A stretch of 64,000 nt of DNA from Sphyrna mokarran (lineage: Eukaryota). The position numbers and the translations under genes were made by a program. The first letter of the stretch is position 1. The number at the start of each line of letters is the position of its first letter. The notes below the pieces were generated by a model. It ran no database searches. It saw only the letters and a list, made by a program, of their open reading frames with translations, and was not told the origin of the DNA. The DNA lies in the NCBI GenBank assembly GCA_024679065.1, contig JAGIQG010000012.1, positions 54,560,001 to 54,624,000 of the forward strand, read 5' to 3'. Positions 25,880 through 40,595 of this stretch are shown in pieces.

Positions 25880-25952
25880 AAAAGGCAGCTCACCACCACT
25901 TTCTCGAGGGCAACTTGTGATGGGCAATAAATGCTGGCTAGCCAGCGACGCC
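25880..25952 (+). mobile_element. LINE (CR1/L2 group) 3'-terminal fragment
   Basis: aaggcagctcaccaccactttctcgagggcaac...gatgggcaataaatgctggc...ccagcgacgcc, recognised as a common shark LINE terminus. Confidence 0.65.
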
Positions 25953-26483
25953 AATCTACCACAGGTTTGATTCTGTTCAAAAGAGTGAGGGTTAATAATT
26001 TTCAACATGCATGAAGAGATTCAATTAATACTAATGAACAGTGCAATTATTTCAATTTATACCACTGATTAATTGGGAAACACAATGAATATCAATAGAA
26101 TAAACAAACATGACAGCCAAACCTTTAATCAAGTGAATGATCATTAGTCAATTAAATTTGTAATCGATTAATATATATCATCAGTTGATCACCTCGTTTT
26201 ACCCCAATAAACAACAAGGCTGTTTCCGATTTCAGCCAAAGGGGAATTTTAGCTTCCATTTTGCAAGACAAATGACCACTAAAACCCTCATCTAAATAAC
26301 ATTTCACTGCAGAAGTAATTTTTGGCTTTTTTGAAACTACATGGTCTGAATTTCTTCATGTATTCAATCTGACCATAATTTTACAAACTCTTACAGACAC
26401 ATTCACAGACCCTTCCGCTGTATTTCTCCCTGTTACAAACACATCTCATGAGGCAAAATTTCACCAAATGTGCTTAAAATCAT

Positions 26484-26611
26484 GGGTGGGATTTTCCAGA
26501 ATTCCCCCCGCCCCTTCCCCTCAGGACTGGAAATTCCCACCTAAGCTCTGCCCAACTTCCTGTCTCGCCTGCTATGAATTGCGCGGCGGATGAGATGGGA
26601 GAATTTCAGAT
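26484..26611. mobile_element. Short MITE-family copy
   Basis: GGGTGGGATTTTCC start, internal ggactggaaattcccacc and gagaatttc end; CAT on both flanks. Confidence 0.5.
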
Positions 26612-27240
26612 CATGACTTTTATTTGGCTACAGAATTCGTTTCATCAAAGCAACTGGCCACAAGATGGAGAATACCAAATTGGTAATACTGTCACAGGTA
26701 CTTACACAAGACAGCAAAAATTTTGCGTGGAACTTCATGTTCCATGAGTTTGAAAACAATGGAGGGGGTGGATTTGATCCAAGTGAGGGAGGGTGCGATC
26801 TGGGAATGCCATCACCTCCCCAAGGCATCCGAGGAAAGGTTTGCCAGCCGTCGATCGGGAGGAACCACTCAATCACTGGCATTCTGCGCCTGATCAAGAG
26901 ACTTGCCATAACACAGAGTCCCCTGCAAGATGCCAAATCCCTGCCACTGAAGTCAATCCCATTCCCCCTGCCTTGGCTGGCAATCTCTCCCCGTGATCCC
27001 TATCCTAATCACATTCGCCTATATCTCGGGATCCATGACTACCCCCTACAGGTCACCACTCCTGGTATTAGAGCGGCTGGTTTCTAATTGGTGGGCAATT
27101 CTTAGAGACCAGGATTTCTGCCCTACTAGGGACTGAATCAATTGGGAAGCTGACACTGTCTAGGGAAATGCCTGAATATCTTGTAATAATGTCTTTTCTG
27201 TCCCAGCTTTGCATTTGCTCTCCCCAATTCTGTATTGCAT

Positions 27241-27680
27241 TTAGGAGCACAAAATACAGGAGCAGGAGTAAGTATTTGGTGCTTCAAGCCTGCTCTGCTA
27301 TTCGATAACAGCATGGCTGATCTTCTTGTAATCTCAACTCCATTTTCTGGTTTTCCCACCCTGCCCATAACCTAAACTCCCTTGTCTGTCAAAAATTTAT
27401 CTAACCAAACATTAAATTCATTGATCCAGCTTTCACTGTTCATTGAGGGAAAGAGATCTGCATACTAATAACCCTTTGCAAGAAAAGATTTCTCCTTAAC
27501 TCCGTCATAAAAGGGAAAATTCTTATTCTTAAAATGTAACCCCTAGTTCTCGTCTCTCCCACAAGGTGAAACAGTTTAAGTATCCAACCTGCCAAGTTCT
27601 CTTAGGACCTTCTATATTTTGATAAGATCACTTCTCATTCTTCCAATGGGTATAGGTCCAAACCATTCAACCTTTCTACT
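27241..27680 (-). mobile_element. Old CR1 3' fragment
   Basis: aggagcaggagtaag...caagcctgctctgctattc...catggctgatc is the reverse complement of the tail type seen at 12519-12600, followed by degenerate ORF2 end. Confidence 0.75.
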
Positions 27681-27719
27681 ATGGTCCATCCAGCTTTGCA
27701 CCCATTTTGCTGCTTAAAT

Positions 27720-27920
27720 ATAGGTTGGATAGATTGGCCATGGCAAATTGCCCCTTAGTATTCCACCATGTGTAGATTAGATGGATTAACCATGTGAAAT
27801 GTGTGAGGTTACAGGGATAGGATGAGATAGAGGATGTGGGTAAGCTACTCTGTCCGAGAGTCAGTGCACACTCAGTGGGCCGAATAACCTTTCCTGCGCC
27901 GCAGGGATTCTATCCTATGA
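27720..27920 (+). mobile_element. 3' half of an HE1-like SINE
   Basis: gattggccatggcaaattgccccttag...gggccgaataacctttcctgcgccgcagggattctat. Confidence 0.75.
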
Positions 27921-28119
27921 ATAATACAACATTCAAGCATTAAATAAAAAATGGCCAGAGTGCTCGACATTAAAATGGGGATAGGATTGTATCTGAGTGC
28001 ACCATTCCAATTATCCCCCCTTTCCCCAACTTCCACCATTCTCACTTGACGAACTAGGCTATGGGAGATATGAAACAATCAAGCTTCTCAGACAGGTACA
28101 AGTCTCCAATAGAAATGCT

Positions 28120-28314
28120 AGGTGAGATTTTGTCAGTTCTGCAACGACATGTTTTCCAGTGAAGGAAGCGGTTTGCTATTGGCCTCTGGCAGGATCTTCT
28201 AGTCCCACTGATATCTATGGCATTTTGCATGGCTTGCCCATCCTGCCACTGCGGGGATATCACTTTCAGCAGGACTAGAAGATCCTGCCAGTGGGAAGGA
28301 TGGAAATCCCATCC
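28120..28314. mobile_element. Palindromic MITE-family copy
   Basis: Internal inverted repeat tggcaggatcttctagtcc / ggactagaagatcctgcca; ends ggaaatcccatcc. Confidence 0.65.
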
Positions 28315-29555
28315 ATTATTTACAGACATAACCACAAAAGTTTCTAATTTTAATGCACTGGAAATCTGATTAATAAGTTTTTGGTCTCATGGAGAAAATG
28401 AGATGGTGATCAAAAGGATGATCAAAAATATTTTGAATTGTTATTTTGCCAATTTATTCCTGATCAAGATTGCTTATTTTCTTATCACTTTAGTGCTTTT
28501 AATTGAATATTTATCTATATCCTTTCTGCTATTCAATTAGAGAAAATATATCGAAGGAAAATTGCTTTATTTTCTTAAAATTGGTAATCATCTGTGTAAA
28601 GTTGATTAAACATTATAAACCTAGCTGAAAATGGCACTGGCTTTTATCTCTCCGATAAAATTCATCCTTTTCTGAACATTCCCCTTGTGGTCATTTACCT
28701 CTTTCTACTGCAACAGCAAACTGAACAGAACTTGTATTTAATCTCACTTCACAGTAATACAGCAGAAGGACTGGCTGCAAAAGGGCAGATTAGGATAATG
28801 TGTTTACTGCTTTTCATTTAAGACAATGTGAAGCTTTCTTTCTAGTCGCCTGGCTAGAAGCTGACAAAATGCATCACATTTGAGGTTGGCAAGAGTCAAG
28901 TGTCAGGTGGCCCTTGGGCTCTAACCTGCAACCTCTGAATCCTTATCACTAGACCACTTGGTTACTCTCAATACATCTTCCCCAATCAATACTTGCTAAT
29001 TTTGTTGCAGCAAGACTGTCTTCTTAAAGTATGAACTCAAATTCTAATATTACCCACTTAGAAAATGCCATGTTTTCAATGATTTCAACAATGGATGGAT
29101 GCATATTTAATATGCGAGCCGCAACTTCTGTTTAACTTTTTATTTTGGGGAGGGAGGACAAGAAATGTTGAGTGTCTGTGTGGACACAGACACCATTAGA
29201 TCTGAAGTGAATTGGATAAAGAGCTGTACAAAATGATTATCCAAAGCTTATTCTGCTGTCACTCTTCTGTTTAAATAGCACTTTTAGAATTAACATAGAA
29301 ATAGCCTTTGGAATGTTAATCTTCCAGTATGATTCTTTATGAACTCAATACGGATTCAAAATGCTTCTTTTCATTACTTTTGTAGCATCTCGGGAAAAAA
29401 CACATTAGTCAATATTTCTTTCCATGTCCGTACCGGGTTTGCTAGCCTTCACGAGCAATTATTTTCCATGCTAGCATGAAGCAAATGGAATTAGAACAGC
29501 GAAATTGTGCATTAGAAACAAAACCTTGCATGCACTGCCACTCTAACTCAAAGTT

Positions 29556-29930
29556 GCGACACAGTGGCACAGTGGTTAGCACTGCTGCCTCACAGCACCA
29601 GGGACCTGGATTCGATTCCCGGCTTGGGTCACTGTCTGTGTGGAGACTGCATATTTTCCCCATGTGCTCTGGTTTCCTTCCACAGTCCAAAGATGTGCAG
29701 GTCTGGCTGATTGGCCATGCTAAATTGCTCTAGTGACAGGTGCACAAGCTGGGGTAAATGCATGGGGATAGGGTCTGGATGGGATTGTGGTCGGTTCAGA
29801 TTCAATAGGCCAAATAGCCTCTTTCTGCACTGTATGGGTTCTATGATTCTATGAATAGAGGATTTTCACAGTAACTTCATTGCAGTGTTTATGTAAGCTT
29901 ACCTGTGACGTTAATAAATAAATAAACAAA
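29556..29930 (+). mobile_element. HE1-like V-SINE carrying two tails in tandem
   Basis: Head cagtggttagc...ggattcgattccc, V-domain, HER1-type tail ending ttctatgattctatga (about 29854), then the second tail gattttcacagtaacttcattgcagtg...aataaataaataaac. Confidence 0.9.
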
Positions 29931-32900
29931 TAGGAATAAGGCAAGCTTGTGAATGAATGCACTTGTAGAGCTTTCCTCTGGCTAGAATAACTGAGGTTTC
30001 AGCCAGGCAATTTGCCATGAATACTGGCTAGCTAAAATCCAAACAGCAGCTACTGATTTGATATTGGCAGTGGCAGTCTAATTACAGTATTAAAGACGTA
30101 TAACTGTTCGGGGGGCGATCAGTTGAGCAAATTTTCTGGGGATAAAAATATCGACAGTATAATCACTTTGTTGTAACCTTTTGCAGAACTCAAATTGTGT
30201 GGTTTCAAAAGGAGAGAATTGGTTGCAACTGCTACTATTAAAAAGGAAGTCTGACTGCATAAAAAAGTTGTGCTTTTCCAACATGCCTTTTAAGAGCGGA
30301 ACGAATTTGCATTCTCAGTTACTAATATGTTATTGGTGACACTGCAGATTGGTCCACTGATACAACGATTTAACGTTACCAGTTTTTGAATACAGACCAG
30401 TAAACTAAGCTACCCATCTTTGGGTTAAAAAATAGCAACCAGATACTGTACAATATGTTAGACTACTGGAGAGGCGAACTTGGTACTTGCACTGAAACTA
30501 AAGTTTTGGCAGTACACTCATTCATTACACACTACTGTTGTGATGTCACTCAATATATCCTGTATCCACTGTGCATTACCACAATGACACCATCTGGTGT
30601 CTTTCTAGGATGGGTGACTGCAGAGGCAATGACACAAAATGCTATACTTAGTAGTCACCAAGTTTAACAATATGTCTGCCTGTGTTCCTGTCAGCTTATT
30701 TCCTGCTACTTATACCTCGCTCAGTGTAAACTTAACAGAGCTAACCCACATTGCTCAGTTTATTTTCCAGAAAATTAACTCCAAACTAATTAATGATTTA
30801 ATCAAATTGGATCAAATTAAAAATTGTAAATTATATTTCAAAAGCCTGAAAAAATTGACCATTTACAATGAACAAATATTGCTTTCAAACAGTAAAGAAT
30901 GACCATGAAGTGCTTCTGATGATAATGAAAGCTGTCGAGCCCTCCTGCTTATCAAGGATTCACCAAAGAAAAAGTACACATTGTTAACATTAAATCCCTA
31001 TAGGGGACCTGAAATAGCTTTCACTTAGCATTCCATTTTAATTGCTCGGCTGAAATAATTCCAATCTGTTTTTTTGGCGTGCCACTAATTAAAACTGCAA
31101 GATTACACAGAGAAAAATAAATACATCATCTCTGCTTGAAAATGAAAGTTTTCTTGAATGACAAATATTTTTAATCAGAGCCATATGCACAGGAGCTTGG
31201 AGGGCGAGCTTAATCTCAAAACCACTCCAGCAGCATAAAACAATTCAGTGAGTTATAATTAATGTCACAGTCATAACAGCAAGCTCAAGCCACTGTTTTT
31301 CTTTCTACTTAAGGAGAAATAACTAGCTGTTATCTCTGTGCCTGCAGAGCCTCCCCATTGTAGATTCAATAATACAAGAGGTTTCTTATCACCATTCGAG
31401 GTGAATGATTGTAACTGTGATATGTTTAGACAATGTGTTGTATTTAACCCAATTTACAGGTGCCCCAGCTTGGCCACAGCAGTAAACACTGGGGACTAAT
31501 AGGGAATTAAACATGTACAATAGACTAACTCCATTTACTCTCAAAACTGAAATGCATTTAGTAAACTCACTTAAAGAGACAGCAGCCTCCTTCAGGGCAT
31601 GTGCTGTCATTTGTTATTTTCATCATGGGGGAGGGGGAAAATCTGCTTTTGGTTGCATTTATCTTATCTGGTGTGGTGACCAAGTTTGTCGCTACCGCAC
31701 TCCACAGTTTTTTTCCCTTTTGTCGCTCAAATCTGCCCATTAAAAAAAAATGATAATGTTTCTTCATGCACAAGAGCTGCTTATCCTACTTTGCCCAAAG
31801 AGCAGGGGAGAAAATAAAAATCTGCGCCAACCCCATTTCCATCTCAACCTGCTCAGGAAATTCTTTCGCCAGACATCAGTTAGAAAAGCAATAACTGCAA
31901 GACAAATCTAAAGTGTGAGAATCCCACTAGGCTTTGATTTTTCAGGGGTGTTAAACGCTGCCTACCATGGGCCTTCAAAAAAAATGTGTTTTCTAACGCT
32001 GCAATATCACGGAAAAAAATATACTGCCAGTGGAATCAAAGGAGACGATTTATGATTTCATTCCGATTGACGGCCGATTAAATTAAAACAGATCAGTGTT
32101 GCAATTCTTAGGCAGGTGGCTCTAGTCCGGTGACAGCCTCAGAACTATTAAATTGGTGCAGAGATGGAAAGCCTTCCGCTTGCATTCACGCACTTACTGA
32201 TCAAACTGTGACAAATGAGATGTTACTGCTCTTGTAAAGCAAGGCTACAATCTGTCAAACCTGAACATAATTTGTGACCCTCTGTGACATCTTTTTTTTC
32301 CCTTCTTAGTTTGAATATGGGAACAGTTGCAGAATTCCCCAATACACAGCGCGTCAGGAACACAATCTAATGCGCTGACGCAAAAATGCTAACTTTGAGT
32401 CGCTGCGCTATTCAATGATATTAATAATCTGACCAGGTTCGACACAATGGCGTTTATAAATTATTACGAATCCGTATCCCACTCAGCTTTTCTGAAATTT
32501 CTAATCACCGGTAATTCTAGTGGGACGGTCGCTAATTTCCATTAACAGCTGTCACCTTGCCACGTTTTGAAATAGATTTGAGGCACCTTAACACAGCTGA
32601 AAGCAATTTTTATTTCCTTAACTTATTTTCCCTTTTTTCATGAAGTCAGATTCTCATCTGGGTGATTCAGATGATATTACCTCAGCAGTACACAAAAAAA
32701 AAAAGAGCTGCTGGAGTAAGTGACTTCAAATTCTAATAGCTGGATTTATCATGGCAGCTAAAATAACTGTACAAGAAGAAACATCCTTCCAGGTGCAGCT
32801 AGCATAGTTTGCATGATGGATAACCTAACATGTATAGAAAGGCGACTGCAATACTGTGTCCGTATTTGGCAAATGGTGCTGTAATGTGCACTAATCCAGT

Positions 32901-35900
32901 CTATCACGATGAACTTTTGAGCCAGCTTTTGAAATGCCCAGACATCAGGAGCTGTCATCAGTCTTTTGTTCTCCCCTTTATGCATTAAGAGCTTTGGTCA
33001 CTGCACTGAGAAGAAGCCTACACCCTGCTAACCTTGCCTATTAAAGGCAGGGTCTTAACAGCTGTCTAGAGTGCTAAGAGGTCACAAACACTGTTTGCTA
33101 TGCCAACAACTACTACTCATCCCTGGTGAGCACGCATGAGACTCCCGGTCAGGCTAGTGTCAAAAGTGCATTGCAGGCATTTGCAGTTGTTAATGCTTTA
33201 AGAGGAAAGGAAGACTATGTTGTACTAACAAGCTATTGTACGAAGCAATAAAGTATCGCATTTTCCTGCAGCCATCAAAATCTTATTAACTCATGACCCA
33301 TTTGTCTGCTCTTCAGCTTTCTCACTGTTACACTTACTAATCCGAGCTTCTTAAAAGGTTACTTGAGAAACTACGTGGGATATTTTGTGATTGATACCAT
33401 GTAGAACTGTTGCGTAATAACAAAACAATGTAAGGAGCAATTTGCCTCTATATAATTCTCTTGCCTTTGCATTTGCAGTCATACACAAATCTGTATGGGC
33501 AGGAAAATATTGAGTTATCTTGGTTAAAAAAAAATTCTGTCTGGATTGAATAGTAGGCATTACAAGTCAAAACCATTTTAATGAACAATTTATTCAGAGG
33601 CAATCAGAGTATTGACATCAAATTATCATACACTATGTTTAACCAGAGCCAATGTTAAGATTACCATGCAGAGATCACCACATTCCACTTGTGTCTTGTG
33701 ACAACATTTTGACACTCGGAATGCAGAACCAGAGGTCTTAGCCAGACTTCATTTGCTACTGGAAGGTTAATCTTATCTCCATACTTTAGCAACTCCCATA
33801 TATAGTCCAAATTAGACATTTAAACAGCTTGTGGGGCTTAGGTGAATATTTTAGGCAGTGATAGGACTATTTTCCTTTCACAAATCAGTTAAAACTTTCT
33901 GAGAGGCTACATTTTTCAAAGCGTGCATGTATTTACTGTGCTTATGTACATAAAGAGTATTGTTCAAAATGCAAAAAAGGAAATAAACACCTGACTGTAA
34001 AGATGAAAGAAATGTGACGGTTTGCATTTATTGATGGCTCAATTCTGGTAATAATATTTATACATTTAAACATTTCCTAGCTTACATAATGGATTTTAAA
34101 ACGTCACCTAATATTGTATTTCAAGAAATAACACTACATAATTGAAGATCAAACCAAATTCATTACTTTAACCTTTAACTTTTAATTAAATCTGCTGAAA
34201 AAAATAGAATTATTAAGAATTGAAGGATAATGAGAGTTTGGCTAATGTAGCTACAAATTCAGAGTCTTAAGGCTGCTTAGGACTTGCCATCAATGCTGTT
34301 CTTGAATTTATTTTAGCATTGCAAATTAATTCTCAAGAAAGTGGTTTCTCAAAATGATAAACATGCTGATCCATCAGTAATATAAAAATCAGAGTTATCA
34401 TTCGGATATTCAAATTCCTATGCATACGTTTTTAAATATGTTCCTAAAGATCCAGTCCAATTCATCATTTTGTTTAAAGTTAACCATGGAGTTAAAGTTT
34501 TAGACTGTTGTTGGCTAACCAGCTTCTGAAAGTGAAAGTTCTATTTCTGTGGAAATTATTAATATAAAGCCACAGCAGATGAAAAAAATAATAAATTCTA
34601 CACCTTTCCGAAATGTAAATACCACCATCTTAAAACTAATTAAAATATTTATAGCAACAGGATGAAAAATCTCTTAAGATGACCAAGGAATCAACAGAGA
34701 TATAATTCTGAGCCGTATTTACAGTGCTGTTTTGCTTCGGTTCGTCATGTGTTCGTGAACCAGAGGCGACAATTTACATAAATGTAAGTAAACAGAGTGG
34801 AATTCAAGAATGCTTCGTCCATCTGCCACTAAGCTACACTCAGAATCTAAGGAACTATTTTATCATCTGGTGAATGGATGGTGGCTCCGGCAATGATGAC
34901 ATTCACATAAAAATACACGAGCTGCCATATGTATTTTACTCTGATTAATATAGTGACTTTTTAAATGTTACTACATAAAAAAACTCGTGGCCAAGAAATC
35001 TAACATTGATATTAATTGCATGGTAAAATATGTTTGTTGGGCTCCTTTGGTTGTTAACCAACAATAAGATTCCAAAATCTTGTATCTAAATACCTGCAAA
35101 TTTGGATGAATAGAATGCTTATTCTGCAAAAGATTTATTTCAGTAATTTAAGAACTTTAAAGCAATTGATCTATTTGAATAAAAGAAGGAAATCAAGGCA
35201 ATAGGTTCCAACCCTGTGCAAGTACAGAAGGCAAATGTTCAACTTACTTCACACTGGACACAAAATAATAAAAACATCTTTCGGCAGGGAAATAGCGTGA
35301 GGGGATTAATTCTCCATTTCTGAATTCAAACAAGGAAGTTATTTTGGAAGGCAGCCAGTCAGAAGCGGTATTGTTTTAAATGCTACTTGTGGAGAGCGTA
35401 GTGCAGCTGGAAGTGACTCGTGTCCCTCGCTAGTTCCTCCCTGGAGACCTCTAAAGGGTACGAAAATATTCACCAACACTTACCCCTTAATTGTATTCAA
35501 GCTCCCAGAAGGCAACACTTGACAAAAATCACCATTAGCTCCTGACAGTACAACATGTTCAGGAAATGCTTACCTGATCAATAGTAAATCTATGGGGACT
35601 TACTTTACAACTTTGGAATGGTTTAAAAAAAATCTTCTTTTTGTCCAATATGATAAAGTATGTAGTAGCATTTGTTTTTTTTTCTCTCTTTTGCTTTTAT
35701 CTATCAGAATTGCAAAAGGCCACCAGCTTGTCATTATGGAAAGCTTCTGCTAAATTAACAAGTAAATGTCAAAGAATAAGAACTAAAAAAAATTCTCATA
35801 TTAAATACTTATTTACATTTTGATTTTAGGGTTTCATAAATGCAAATGTGCTTTCCAACATAACTAACGAGAACAACAAATAGGGATACAAAGAAGTAAT

Positions 35901-36427
35901 TGGCAATGAACTCCATGTATGTGAACAAGCTAAAACATTTGAGAAAAGACCTTCTTAAAAGATGAAGTAAAGGTTGACCGGAAATATTACATCAGTTACT
36001 TCTTCATCAATTTGTAATTGGAATGCCTCTATGTATTTTACTACGCAAATTGGTTTAGTCAGAAGCTATTCATGGCTGGTGCCTTTTTAAATTAAAATGA
36101 GATTTTAGGGTCTCTGCTTCATAGAAATGTCTGAAGTATAGCCGAAATGTCATTTTAGTGAAATGGAGATTGTGCCATGTTTGGTAATGCACAAGCACAA
36201 TGAAAAAGTAATCAAATATAGATGTATAGTTTACAACAAGCTCAACTGAGAGTGGCATTCATTCTTTAAAGTATGTTACATGGGGCCACTACATTAGCTG
36301 CATTTTCAAATAAAACATCATTACTGCTCTGGTTCACTAATGTAGGTAACCTCATGCTCCAACTGACTGAAGCATAAAATATGGTCCAAAATTCAGAACT
36401 TGCCTTTCTACGATTGCAGACACAAGA

Positions 36428-37035
36428 GTCTTGATTTTAGCCAGGTAGATGGGTGGAGTGCCAAAACCCAATCAGCTGGTATGATTTTAATTCCAAGGCC
36501 TTATCTATGCATCATTGATCAGCCTCCGCTGTAAATGGATGATACGTAGAGCTGATCGATGAATGGGAGTGGAAATTTGGATGTCAAGAGGTCGCCAGCA
36601 CTGAGGTAAGTTGTTGGGAAAGGGTTTTGAGAGGGTCCTGTGAGGGAGAAGTAGAGAAGCCCAGGGCAGCTTCTGCTGCTCCTACACCTGCAATGCAAGT
36701 AAAATATATGGACTTAGATTAAGAACGGATCCTCTCTCCTACTGACTTCACTTGACAGGAAAGCCAGTACTGCTGCTCCTTCGGGCTAGAGTTAAATGTC
36801 TGAATTCTCTGGTCTCACACTCCCTATTTTGAGAACGGACAATTCGGTGCTCAGCCAAATCTTCATTCAGAGCAATGGGACTGAAGAATCCCAGCCACGG
36901 GCGAGGTCAGAGAATGCCAACCCCCAAAATTGCAATCGGGACCCAATGGCAAAATCAAAGTCTGACCAGCCTGTTAACAAAAGTTTCAGGTGACTGTTTC
37001 AGCTACTTGATCAGAAGAATAGGTTAAAACAGGAC
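36428..37035. mobile_element. Possible old non-autonomous DNA transposon
   Basis: GC-richer block bounded by imperfect inverted ends gtcttgattttagcc / ggttaaaacaggac. Confidence 0.35.
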
Positions 37036-38805
37036 AGTGGAAACAAGGCAGAATGCTGACAGACAAGTTTAGCTGCTGCTTGCTTGGTTTCTGTCAGCTA
37101 GAGAGGGGGAAACTCCCCATTAATGTCTGAGGTATATCAATTCCGTCAAAATATAATCTGCACCAAACAACTATTTGGACAGACGGTTATATTAAACAGC
37201 CCTTAAATAATGCGGTCTGAATTACAATAGTGTACTAATAATACTAAAAATTAACAGATATTGACTTCAGTAATTCTAATACTGTACCTTACTGGAGGTG
37301 TTACTGCAAAACAAAAAAGTAATATGGTTAAAATGTATGAGGAGAAATCTTTTTAAGGTTAGTCAACATGTATCCTTATGTTCCAACAGCTCCATATGAA
37401 TTTCGGCATTGCATAATACAGAAACCAAGAGCTAGTGACAAGACGATGATTTATGCCTCCAGCCAGGAAGATTCAGAGGGCCCACGGAGGGTAAAGTGCA
37501 AAAAGGGGAGGCTAGACAGCTGCTCTCAGTGGGCTTGCTTTGGCAGCCAGGCTGCAGTTACCTCTTGTGAAACCTGTACCTGCAGACGAGCTAATCCACA
37601 ACTACTCTCCACTAGCAGATGGGGCGAGGAAGAAACTGTAGATGAATATTAAAGGAGTAGAACAGTCCCTCAATCAAATAATAGATTTGAACACTGCAAA
37701 CGAACTCGCAGCAACAAAAAAATAACAGGTGCTGGCATCAATATGACAAAATGATGCAGATTCTCTTCCACTTTGCTGTAAGACGAAACTAAATCTAAAA
37801 AACAGTTCACATGGGGGTAAAAAATGAAAAAAAGAAAATAGGAGGAGTAGCCGAGCTGTATGATTGCTCCCAAATGGCAATCATCTCCCCAGAGGCTGAC
37901 GCCAACTTCAAATACCTTCATGTTCTGCATCCAAATTTGTGCTTCATTAGGCTACAGAGATTTCAAGGTTTCCATTGTAGACACTCTAATTGCCTATTTG
38001 AAGCAGTAATTCAAGTGTAAGGAAGGACCCCAATATCAAATTCAACCACATCACAACAAATGGGAGTGCCATATTGATATATGTGTATATGGGTGGCTGG
38101 GAGTAGAACAAAAGGCTGCTATTTGTCTGAAGGCTCATGGGGAAAGATGCCATATCAAAACCAGCACAACATCCGTCAGGCCTGTCTCTAACTTCCCTTA
38201 TCAATTACTGAGCTGTCATCTAAACTCTTGCACATAAGCAAATGTTAAAACATTTAAAACAGGCCTGCATAATGAATGCTGCTGTAGGGGCAGAGGTATA
38301 TCTTGGCAGATGTGAGGAAACAGTAGCTACCAAAGGCATTACTGCGCTACGTTTTGTATGGGAACAGAAGCTACTGATTCCACTATTGAAGAGTTTTATT
38401 TCTGAAGAAAAGGATATACAACATTGATCATATTACATTAGAACAATTATAGTTCTGAAGACAGTGCCACTGGGATAATTCCACACTTGCTGGTACATAC
38501 TAGTACCATAAGTGCAAGTGGAAAATATCTAATTATATTGCCTGATTATGTTTTCTATTCAGGGGTGGGTGAAAGAAAGCAAAGTTGGAGGGGTGGGGTC
38601 AGGGGTCAGGGGAGGTGTCAAGATTTGATGAGTACAAGTTACGACATTTAACATCATATTTTCTAAAATATGAAAAGCACATATAAAGGGAAGAAAAATT
38701 AAGGTAAGTTGTATTTTAAAATGGGTTTTGACATAACTGCTGTTGGCTATGGTTGCTACGAAGCAAGGTCCCTGCTTTGGAATTAGTCTGACATATCCTG
38801 GTATG

Positions 38806-38860
38806 AAAGCAAAATACCGTGGATGCTGGAAATCTGAAAGAAAAACGGAAAATGCTGATG
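38806..38860 (-). mobile_element. Fragment of the repeat family also seen at 58050-58188
   Basis: gatgctggaaatctgaaagaaaaacggaaaatgctg is complementary to the ...ttctattttcatttcaga type terminus. Confidence 0.55.
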
Positions 38861-40109
38861 CTTCTGGGGCTATTCGTGTACCAAATGTTTTAAAGTGCAT
38901 TTTTGGTAGCAGAACAGAGCAAACCTCGGTGAGGGAATCAGTGCAACAATGACATTACAATGACAGTGTCCCTTTAGCTGTGTCAGCATACCACAACATT
39001 TTTGTTTTGCAAATTCTTGACATTAAACATTTCAGGATACATTAATAAATTGAATTATGTCGTAAAATGACCCATGTCTTCTGTTCAATGTGGTACCTGA
39101 AGTGGATTAGCTCAATTTCTTATTTATTTATTCTGTGAAAGATGGCCACATTTGAAAAGGTAGGTCATATGGATTTGATTTGTGGTGGTTTTAAAATGCA
39201 GTCTAGTAGAAGGTGATAAAGGGGATTCTCTCTCTTTCAAGAGCCATTACTATTAACATTTAATTACAAAGTACAGTGAGTGCTCCTCTTGGAGGAGTCA
39301 GGTTTACCAGTACTGTATAAAACATTGAAGTATTACCCTTCCAATTTCCACGTACTATTCATTTTAATAATGTATTTTTTATTGAAAGTTCTTCTTCTCC
39401 CATCACTTTCTTTCTATTTTCTGTCACTTGTTGGCTGTCCAAGATCATCCATTCTCGGATGCTTAGAAAGATGGGGAGGGGGCAGTCACATTTCTACGTG
39501 CCTATGACAAACACAGCTTTGTGAATGATTGGTTCTGAGATACGATTCAGGCTGCGAGAACCCAGCCTGCATCAGTTCTTTCCTTTCCCAGCACAAGGAC
39601 CTTTCCACCCTCACCAGCTCAAGATTGAACGTGTCATTTTCATGGGCAATCTTCCATCCAGTGGGTTTGGCTAGAAATTGAGAAGCAAGTTGAAATAGCA
39701 CTTTGCAATTTGAACTCATGCACCTTTGCAATTGGCAGAACAACATTTGATTAGGAGCTTCCTTATTCAGTCTGACTCTTAAACATGCGGAGAAAAAAAG
39801 TCAGACACTCGATTATCATAAAGTTTTGCTTTTGAAATGATCAACTGGAGTTTCGCAAGATCCCACTGTGGATTATGAGCATGCTATTCATATTTTCTGA
39901 ATTTTGTGCACATCACCTGCATCTAACATTACTCCCAAATATATCAATTTGAATACATTAAACATTATGAAATAGGTTTTAATGAAGTAAGACTTCCAAA
40001 TCAGGTAGTCATATGCCAAATGCCATAAATATAAAACCGACTTATGCATTTTATTTAACTTATCTGTATGTAATACACATGATATATTTATTAATGTTAA
40101 AATTTATCA

Positions 40110-40595
<486 letters not shown>

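Noticed and set aside
29556-29625. tRNA gene at SINE heads
   Set aside because: A and B boxes are present but run directly into the V-domain; these are SINE heads, not tRNA genes.
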